Shown here in pieces: positions 9,035-15,629 of a DNA stretch of 15,629 nucleotides (position 1 is the first letter of the stretch; each line of letters opens with the position of its first letter). The translations under genes and the position numbers were made by a program. The DNA comes from Calditrichia bacterium. Its GTDB lineage: Bacteria > Calditrichota > Calditrichia > RBG-13-44-9. The stretch is from assembly GCA_037381445.1 (NCBI GenBank), contig JARRQT010000161.1, positions 1-15,629 on the forward strand. Direction: 5' to 3'. Below the pieces are notes generated by a model. That model was not told the origin of the DNA, made no database searches, and saw only the letters and a list, made by a program, of their open reading frames with translations.

Positions 9035-9328
9035 CAGATGACTTTGGGTATTATCAAATGAGCCTTCGTAACTGGCCCTACGTATCAGCTTCAGGACTTC
9101 GGATTTGACTACCGCAGAAAATCTTTCCGAATCTTATATCTTCAAAGCCAGTTGCGACACTCCCATCCTCCCTGATTTCATATCATAAAAAAGCAAACGA
9201 TAAACACCCTAATTTTAAATTAATTATTAACCTTTTTCCGGTGCGGGACGAATATAAAGTATAGAAATTTTTTGAGAAACTGAAGCGGTTTTTTGCGGTA
9301 TATAATTAGAGATTAACCAGAGGGCGTT

Positions 9329-9685
9329 ATGAATTTCCTATCAAATAATCCTGAAGCATTATGGATCCTGTTTGCAATTGTGTTGTCTTTATTTGTATTT
9401 CAGGTGGTTGTCCTTTTAAAAATCCGGAATATGCTCCAGCAGATTTCTTTTTATATAGAAAGCATTTCGCGTTTTTTCTACCGCGTTGGCCTCTCTTCGC
9501 TGGTCAAAGATAAGAAACAGAGCATTCCCAGAACCTGCCAGTTTTGCAAAAACCGCCTTTCTTTTATCCACATGAGCGAAATAAAGGGAGAAGTGGAGGA
9601 TTTCTATTACAAATGTCAATTGCGGAACACAGAAATTAAATTAGACGATACCTGCGAACAATTTGATAAAGAAGAAGTTGCGTAA
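9329..9685 (+). CDS. Hypothetical membrane-anchored protein with a C-terminal 4-Cys motif
   Basis: N-terminal hydrophobic helix (ALWILFAIVLSLFVFQVVVLL), CX2CX22CX12C; upstream TATAAT (9301-9306) and AGAGGG RBS. Confidence 0.75.
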   Translation: MNFLSNNPEALWILFAIVLSLFVFQVVVLLKIRNMLQQISFYIESISRFFYRVGLSSLVKDKKQSIPRTCQFCKNRLSFIHMSEIKGEVEDFYYKCQLRNTEIKLDDTCEQFDKEEVA

Positions 9686-10040
9686 GAATTGCCAGTCCCA
9701 AAGAATGCACAAAAATAAAAAAATCACACTTGAATAAGGTTGTAAAGGGAGAACTGGAAGCTGTCCCGGGCACCCGCTATTTCCATATTATTAGCCCCTA
9801 TTCAACAGACAGGCGCCAGAAAAATTTTTAAAACTGATCATTCTTTTTATGAGGTTAGTCTTGCTTTGAGATTGGTTGGAAGAGATGCAGAAAAAAGCTA
9901 TCGAGCAGGACCCCGACGCATTAATTCTCACATATTTTTATAATATTTTACCGTTCCAACACAATGTCTGATATTTTTACTTTATACAAAGATGAATTAA
10001 AAATTATGGGGAACCCGGCCAAAGTTTAGTTGTAAATAAA

Positions 10041-10137
10041 AAAGAAGGGGTGTTACCGATGCAAGCAGTTTGCGGGTTTAGATTCTCCCGCACATAGTGC
10101 CTCCTCATTATGTTTTGTATGGTAACATTCCTTCTTT
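10041..10137 (+). other. Long imperfect inverted repeat; candidate structured RNA or bidirectional terminator
   Basis: AAAGAAGGGGTGTTACC (10041-10057) pairs with GGTAACATTCCTTCTTT (10121-10137) with two G-U pairs; about 9 further bp inside; inner stem TGCGGG/CCCGCA. Confidence 0.6.
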
Positions 10138-10146
10138 ATTTTCGTT

Positions 10147-10644
10147 TCATTTTGCCCGGCCTTTGGGTCCCCATTTTTCAAGAAATTCCATCACTTTTTG
10201 CGGGTCATGACCTTTCACTGCAGGGTCATGGGTTTCCAGAGCGCCTGTTTCCTGCAGAACCAGTTGCTTGCCGTTCCTGTCGAGAACCACCAGCGCTGGA
10301 AGTCCCAGTTTTATTGGTTCTCCGTACCGCGTATTCAGATCCAGGTTTTTATCTTTCCTCCCCACATCAACCAAAACAATCTGGTAATTTTGCTTCAGAT
10401 ACTCGTTTATTGCAGCATTACTTTCCATGAGCTTATGTAATGCCCGACACCATGGACACCAATTGGCGCCAAACATCAATAATATATGCTGATCCTTTTC
10501 CTGAGCCATTTTTATGGCATGGGCTATTTCTTTATGGGCATCTGCGGTGGGATCGTAGGGTCCCTGCGAATCCTTCCGGGTCTCACCTGCCAGGGCGCTG
10601 AGAGCGACAAGAAACAGAATCGCAGAAGTAAAAAGGCTTTTCAT
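10147..10644 (-). CDS. Exported thioredoxin-family protein (CPWC)
   Basis: Signal peptide ending ALA, ILLMFGANWCPWCRAL, cis-Pro loop GLPALVVLD. Confidence 0.9.
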   Translation of the reverse strand: MKSLFTSAILFLVALSALAGETRKDSQGPYDPTADAHKEIAHAIKMAQEKDQHILLMFGANWCPWCRALHKLMESNAAINEYLKQNYQIVLVDVGRKDKNLDLNTRYGEPIKLGLPALVVLDRNGKQLVLQETGALETHDPAVKGHDPQKVMEFLEKWGPKGRAK

Positions 10645-10696
10645 CTATCACGCCGATTAGATTTTATAATATTTACCTTGTTGATATTTAGCATAA

Positions 10697-11926
10697 TCAC
10701 GGCGTTGGCAACTGTTCCGGATGCCGGAATTTTATTATTTCAGCCTGCTCCAGAACCTGCTCGTGAAGTTCATTCAGGTCCAACTGCCGGGCGATCTCCT
10801 CAATCTTTTTCGGATCCGCTTTTGTCTCCGGATGCCGGGGGACATACAGCGAACAGCAGTCTTCGTATGGTTCTGTTGAAATGTCAAAGGTCCCGATCTG
10901 ATGGGCCAGATTGATGATTTCTTTTTTATCCTCCCCGGCCAGCGGCCGCAAGACCGGTAATTGTATGGCATCATTGACAACCCGGATATTGCTCAGGGTC
11001 TGCGAAGCTACCTGGCCCACATTCTCGCCCGTTACCAATGCAGCGGCCCTTTCCCGGAGTGCAATCATTTCTGCCATTCTGAACATGCTTCTTCGATAAA
11101 ACAATACCCGGTAATCCGCCGGCGAATTAATCATAATCTGCTGCTGTACCGCCAAAAAAGGGACCAGATAGAGTTTTGATTTATACTGATACTCGGTTAG
11201 CAGTTTTACCAACTGTTTGGTATTTTCGATGGATGCCTGTGTGGTGGCCGGAACGCTGTGAAAATGAACAAAAATGAGTCTTACGCCGCGTTTTATCATC
11301 TTCCAGGAAGCGACCGGCGAATCGATGCCCGAAGACAGCAGGGAAACAGCCCGCTCGCTGACGCCGGAGGGCAGCCCTCCCAATCCCGCAATTTTTTCAC
11401 TGTATATCAGAGAATTTTTATTGAATATTTCAATAAAACAGCTTTTCTCCGGATTGGATAAATCCACCCGCGCGCCCGTTTCTTTTACGATCGCGGCCCC
11501 GATCAGGGCGCTCAGCTCCGGGGATGTCATCGGAAATTCTTTCTGGGAACGTTTGGTAGTTACCCGAAAAGTCTTGTATCCGCCTTGTTTCATCTGCATC
11601 AAAGCTGCCTGAGTAATTGACCCTATGCTTTGGTCAGTAATGACAGCCGGGGAAAAGTGGGCAATCCCGAATACATTTTTCAATCGGGAGCTGATTGCCG
11701 GCCAGTCAAACGATTTGGGGAAATAGATCAGCAGTCTTCCGAAGGAACGCTCCACGGAGCCGAGCGTCGTGTCACTCAGCGCGCGAATGATGTTCCGCCG
11801 CAGTTGATTCTCAAACAGCCCCCGATTGCTCCCCTTTAATCCGATTTCGGCATAATGCACCACCATGCAAAATCGGGAATTGGGCGGCAAATCGATTTTC
11901 ATCTCTGAGGTCATTTCATTTTTCAT
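10697..11926 (-). CDS. thiI: tRNA 4-thiouridine(8) synthase ThiI, short form without rhodanese domain
   Basis: VHYAEIGLKGSNRGLFE, THUMP domain (TFRVTTKRSQKEFP), GLGGLPSG, PP-loop LLSSGIDSPVA, TGENVGQVASQTLSN, VLRPL, GTFDIS..PYEDCC. Confidence 0.96.
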   Translation of the reverse strand: MKNEMTSEMKIDLPPNSRFCMVVHYAEIGLKGSNRGLFENQLRRNIIRALSDTTLGSVERSFGRLLIYFPKSFDWPAISSRLKNVFGIAHFSPAVITDQSIGSITQAALMQMKQGGYKTFRVTTKRSQKEFPMTSPELSALIGAAIVKETGARVDLSNPEKSCFIEIFNKNSLIYSEKIAGLGGLPSGVSERAVSLLSSGIDSPVASWKMIKRGVRLIFVHFHSVPATTQASIENTKQLVKLLTEYQYKSKLYLVPFLAVQQQIMINSPADYRVLFYRRSMFRMAEMIALRERAAALVTGENVGQVASQTLSNIRVVNDAIQLPVLRPLAGEDKKEIINLAHQIGTFDISTEPYEDCCSLYVPRHPETKADPKKIEEIARQLDLNELHEQVLEQAEIIKFRHPEQLPTP

Positions 11927-11933
11927 GGGCAGA

Positions 11934-11962
11934 ATTCTACAAAAGCCTTTCTTTTAAGGCAA
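11934..11962 (-). promoter_or_regulatory. sigma70-type promoter of thiI
   Basis: Minus strand TTGCCT (11962-11957)-17 nt-TAGAAT (11939-11934), ending 7 nt before ATG 11926. Confidence 0.65.
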
Positions 11963-12106
11963 GTAAAAACATTTTTGATAGGAAAACACCCAGCATTCCG
12001 ATTCTTTCAGCATCTTTGAACTATTCAAACACATCCAACCTGCGTCTCCGGGCTTTTAAATTGCCTGTTCCGCAAGGAGTTCCTGTTCTGTCAATTTTCT
12101 TTATGC

Positions 12107-12136
12107 TTGCCTTCCAAATCAATAAAAATGTATTTT
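12107..12136 (+). promoter_or_regulatory. Putative sigma70-type promoter for gatE-gatD
   Basis: TTGCCT-18 nt-TATTTT, similar in form to the other candidate promoters in the window. Confidence 0.35.
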
Positions 12137-12308
12137 CCCATTATTTTGGTATAAAAAATTGGAATATGTATTTGATATTTTCGGGAATCGCGATTTCACG
12201 GATATCGGCCCGGAAAACATGGCCGGGCATTAACATGCTATTTCCCCCAAATATCTTTGAATGAGGAAATATGATTCCGGAAAATCTAAACCTTTCAAGG
12301 ACACTTTT

Positions 12309-14252
12309 ATGATACCTCTTTTGAAACCGTTTGAAGAAATGACCCGGGAGGATTACGACGCCCTGGGTCTTCGCAGCGGACTGGAAATTCATCAGCAATT
12401 ACTCACCGAAAAGAAGCTTTTCTGTCGCTGCCCCGCCGGGCATTACAGCGAGGAATATGACGCGGAGATCTTAAGGCACATGCGTCCGACTCTTTCCGAG
12501 CTGGGAGAGTACGACGGCACCGCCCTGATGGAGTTTAAGACGAAAAAGGAAATCATTTACCAGATTAACCATGAAACGGTCTGCACTTATGAAATGGATG
12601 ACACGCCGCCGTTCGAAATAAATCAGCAGGCGCTCAACATCGCGCTGGAGGTTGCCATGCTGCTGAATTATAAACTGGTAAGTGAAATTCATATTGCGCG
12701 CAAACAATACCTTGACGGCAGTATCCCAACCGGTTTTCAGCGCACCACTATTGTGGGAATCGACGGCTGGATTCCCTATCAGGATAGAAAGATCGGACTC
12801 ATTCAGCTTGGGCTGGAAGAAGACGCCTGCCGGGAGGTCTCCGATGTGGGACATTTGCGGGTTTACCGGACCGACCGTCTGGGCATGCCGCTCATCGAAA
12901 TGGTCACTCGGCCCGAGATGCACACTCCCCAGGAAGTTGCCGAAGTCGCCAATCTGCTTCGCTGGCTGGTGCGCAGCACCGGGAAGGTCAGGACCGGCAT
13001 TGGCGCCGCCCGCCAGGATGTAAATGTCAGCATCACAGACGGAACCCGCATCGAGATAAAAGGGGTTTCGCGAATCCCGCTGATTCCCCATCTGATCTAT
13101 AATGAAGCGTTCCGCCAGCATTCACTGTTGCAGATCCGTGAGGAGCTGCATCGGCGGGGAATCACCGAAAAAACCTTCCGCAGCACCGCCGCGGATGTGA
13201 CCAATCTGCTCACGAAGACTTCCTGGGATCCGATCCGGATGGCCATCGAGCGGAAAGAAGAAGTGCATTGCGTCAATCTGAAGGGCTACGCCCGGATTTT
13301 GAGCCATCCCACCCAGACCGGAAAAGTGTTTTCCAAAGAAATATCGGACCGGGTCAGGGTCATTGCCTGTCTCACCCGCCTCCCCAACATTCTGACCTCG
13401 GAAAGCACGGAAGAAACCATCGACAGCTTTACCTGGAATAAAATCCGGAAGGCCGTTCAGGCCGGTTCACATGACGCGCTGATCCTGGTATGGGGAAATA
13501 GCAGGGACGTAAAGACAGCCGTACAGGAAATTGAGATTCGGGCCCGGGAAGCTACGATTGGGATTCCCAGCGAAACGCGGCAGGCGCTGGCAGACGGTAC
13601 GAACGGTTTTGAGCGGATTTTGCCCGGACCGGAGCGGATGTATCCGGACACGGACCTACCTCCTCTTGAAATCACCGAAGAACGCATCCGGACACTGGAA
13701 AATAATGTTCCTGAAGCGTTATGGATTCGTCGGGAGAAATACAAGAAAATGGGCATACCCGACCACCATCTGATTCCGATCGCTTCCTCTCCCAGAGCCG
13801 GACTTTTTGAGGAAATCATTGAAAAATATAAAATTTCTCCCGTCCGCGTGGCGGTCTTTCTGTTTGAGAAAACAAAGGCCTGGAAGAGGAAGAAATATCC
13901 CGTTGAGAAACTGACCGATGATCTCTGGCGTCTTTTCTTCTCCCGTGTTCAGAAGCAGCCTGCGCTGCTTGAGAACGGGGAGGAGATTCTGAAAAAATAT
14001 CTGGCCGGACAAATTGATGATCTGAAATCGGAATTACAGAAATATATTCCGCCGTCAGTAAAGGAAACGGAGATTCCAGAAATAATAAAGTCTGCGGTCA
14101 ATGACGGGATGCCTGATTTTGATAACAGCGAAAAGAAACATAGATACCTTATGGGGAAAATTATGGAGAGTGTCAGGGGGCAAATCCCGGCCAAATCGGT
14201 TCGCAAATATATCGAAAATGAACTTCAGACAAGGGGAGGCGAAAATGAATGA
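12309..14252 (+). CDS. gatE: Glu-tRNA(Gln) amidotransferase subunit GatE (archaeal-type)
   Basis: DYDALGLRSGLEIHQQL..KLFCRCP, GatE-specific RPTLSELGEYD, DGSIPTGFQRT, LEEDACR, DRLGMPLIE, RTGIGAARQDVNVSI..GTRIEIKGV, AspRS-like insertion, GIPSETR...GT...RILPGPERMYPDTDLPP, tail LMGKIMESVRG. ATG 12309 (AAGGA 7 nt upstream) is preferred over 12261. Confidence 0.95.
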   Translation: MIPLLKPFEEMTREDYDALGLRSGLEIHQQLLTEKKLFCRCPAGHYSEEYDAEILRHMRPTLSELGEYDGTALMEFKTKKEIIYQINHETVCTYEMDDTPPFEINQQALNIALEVAMLLNYKLVSEIHIARKQYLDGSIPTGFQRTTIVGIDGWIPYQDRKIGLIQLGLEEDACREVSDVGHLRVYRTDRLGMPLIEMVTRPEMHTPQEVAEVANLLRWLVRSTGKVRTGIGAARQDVNVSITDGTRIEIKGVSRIPLIPHLIYNEAFRQHSLLQIREELHRRGITEKTFRSTAADVTNLLTKTSWDPIRMAIERKEEVHCVNLKGYARILSHPTQTGKVFSKEISDRVRVIACLTRLPNILTSESTEETIDSFTWNKIRKAVQAGSHDALILVWGNSRDVKTAVQEIEIRAREATIGIPSETRQALADGTNGFERILPGPERMYPDTDLPPLEITEERIRTLENNVPEALWIRREKYKKMGIPDHHLIPIASSPRAGLFEEIIEKYKISPVRVAVFLFEKTKAWKRKKYPVEKLTDDLWRLFFSRVQKQPALLENGEEILKKYLAGQIDDLKSELQKYIPPSVKETEIPEIIKSAVNDGMPDFDNSEKKHRYLMGKIMESVRGQIPAKSVRKYIENELQTRGGENE

Positions 14253-15627
14253 GGCATATAAGGGATACCGGGAACCGGCCCTGAGTCTGATGAAAAATAA
14301 TGCCGTGCAGGTCTGGAGCGAGGTAGAAATGCAAACCAGCCGCGGCTTATTCAAAGGCATCATCCTTCCGCGATCGGAAACCGCCGATAACACGCATATT
14401 GTATTAAAGCTTAATAACGGTTACAACGTGGGGATCGCGGTTAAAACCATTGATACCATAAAAGAGGTTGGCCGGAAGGAAGCACACTATAAAATTCCGG
14501 AGAAAGAATTCCCCTACGAACCCAACAAACCCGGCGTAAAACTCCTGGGCACCGGCGGGACTATTGCCAGTCGGCTGGATTACCGGACCGGGGCAGTGAT
14601 CCCGGCCTTCTCTCCCGGAGAACTTTACGGATCGGTCCCGGAACTGGCGGATTTCTGCAATCTGGAAACCGAAAAGCTTTACGGCGTTTTCAGTGAAAAC
14701 ATGGGGCCCGAACAGTGGATCGGCACCGCCCAGGCCATCGGAAAAGAAATAGAGAAAGGTACCCACGGCATTGTGATAGGACACGGGACCGATACCATGC
14801 ATCATACCGCCGCGATCCTGTCCTTTATGGTCCAGAACTCCCCCATTCCGATCGTAATGGTGGGATCACAGCGTTCTTCCGACCGCCCTTCTTCGGACGC
14901 CGCGCTTAACCTGATTCACGCCGTGAAAACCGCCGCCGAAAGTGATATCGCCGAAACGCTGGTGTGCATGTTCGGTCCCACTTCGGATCAGTACGGATTA
15001 CTGCACCGGGGCACCCGGGTGCGAAAAATGCACTCCAGCTACCGTTCCACTTTCCGCACCATCGGCGATATCCCTCTGGCGATGGTGGACAGAAAAAAGA
15101 TTACTCCGCTTCGGGGAGATTACAAAAAAAGGCGGCAAGATCAAAATGTCACGATCAATACCGCCTTCGAGGAAAAAGTCTCTATCGTGTATTATTATCC
15201 CAATATGAAGCCCGATATCATCGAATCGCTGATTGACAACGGCTACCGGGGAATTGTCATCGCCGGGACCGGATTGGGACACGTCAACAAACCGCTGTAT
15301 ACTTCATTGAAGCGGGCGCACGAGGCCGGCATCGCCGTTTATATGACCGTGCAGACCCTGTGGGGCTATGTCCAGATGTATGTGTATGAAACGGGCCGTG
15401 AAATTATGGAATTGGGCGTCATTCCCGCCGCCAACATGCTCCCGGAAGTCGCCTATGTGAAGCTGGGCTGGGCGCTCGGACAAACAAAGGATCTGGAGAA
15501 GGTCAAGGAGATCATGCTTACCCCGATTGCGGGGGAAATAACCGAACGGGAACCATACAACGGTTATCTGATCTACCAGGGCGGCATCCCCGAAGTGGAA
15601 GAATTTTTAAGGGAAATAAAGAGGTAA
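14245..15627 (+). CDS. gatD: Glu-tRNA(Gln) amidotransferase subunit GatD (archaeal-type glutaminase subunit), 460 aa
   Basis: GatD N-domain (GIILPR..HIVLKLNNGYNVGI), LGTGGTIASRLDYRTGAV, FSENM, GHGTDTM, GSQRSSDRPSSDA, HRGTRVRKMHSSYR, GTGLGHV, VYETGR, MLPEVAYVKLGWALG, IAGEI. RBS AAGGGGAGG; 8-nt overlap with the gatE end. Confidence 0.96.
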   Translation: MNEAYKGYREPALSLMKNNAVQVWSEVEMQTSRGLFKGIILPRSETADNTHIVLKLNNGYNVGIAVKTIDTIKEVGRKEAHYKIPEKEFPYEPNKPGVKLLGTGGTIASRLDYRTGAVIPAFSPGELYGSVPELADFCNLETEKLYGVFSENMGPEQWIGTAQAIGKEIEKGTHGIVIGHGTDTMHHTAAILSFMVQNSPIPIVMVGSQRSSDRPSSDAALNLIHAVKTAAESDIAETLVCMFGPTSDQYGLLHRGTRVRKMHSSYRSTFRTIGDIPLAMVDRKKITPLRGDYKKRRQDQNVTINTAFEEKVSIVYYYPNMKPDIIESLIDNGYRGIVIAGTGLGHVNKPLYTSLKRAHEAGIAVYMTVQTLWGYVQMYVYETGREIMELGVIPAANMLPEVAYVKLGWALGQTKDLEKVKEIMLTPIAGEITEREPYNGYLIYQGGIPEVEEFLREIKR

Positions 15628-15629
15628 AT

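Noticed and set aside
9228..9254. sigma28-like promoter TAAC-N15-GACGAATA
   Set aside because: Several mismatches to TAAA-N15-GCCGATAA and no flagellar context; could be chance.
10697..11926. ThiI lacking a rhodanese domain and with SSGIDS in the PP-loop
   Set aside because: Short-form ThiI is widespread; a single substitution is not enough to claim anything unusual.
12137..12308. T-box riboswitch before gatE
   Set aside because: No GGTGGNACCGCG T-box sequence and no terminator/antiterminator pair.
14101..14244. N-terminal extension of gatD in the ORF track
   Set aside because: It overlaps gatE coding sequence; a strong RBS precedes ATG 14245.
12309..14252. Calling the ORF bacterial GatB
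   Set aside because: Its length (~647 aa), RPTLSELGE segment, AspRS-like insertion and adjacent gatD fit GatE; no gatA or gatC is present in the window.
14245..15627. Calling the ORF a simple L-asparaginase I
   Set aside because: It has the GatD N-terminal domain and SRLDYRTGAV and QRSSDRPSSD motifs, and overlaps gatE.
1..15629. CRISPR arrays, tRNA/rRNA genes, IS or prophage elements
   Set aside because: No regularly spaced repeats, tRNA cloverleaf, transposase or integrase seen.

Overview
Bacterial chromosomal window with no mobile-element signal. A GWxTD protein and a beta-barrel suggest a diderm host, possibly FCB/Calditrichota-like (inference). Gene order: 5'-truncated pnp, M16 peptidase, divergent alanine dehydrogenase homolog coupled to a polysaccharide deacetylase, rimO coupled to a GWxTD protein, an outer-membrane beta-barrel, a small membrane-anchored 4-Cys protein, then thiI and an exported thioredoxin on the minus strand, and finally a gatE-gatD operon transcribed divergently from thiI. 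The main result is an apparently intact archaeal-type GatDE Glu-tRNA(Gln) amidotransferase, classically an archaeal signature enzyme, among ordinary bacterial housekeeping genes. Secondary observations: active-site changes in the Ald homolog, a possible in-frame deletion in the GWxTD gene, a probable leaderless thiI mRNA, and several long G-U-containing intergenic hairpins that may be structured RNAs. All pairings and alignments were done by eye.
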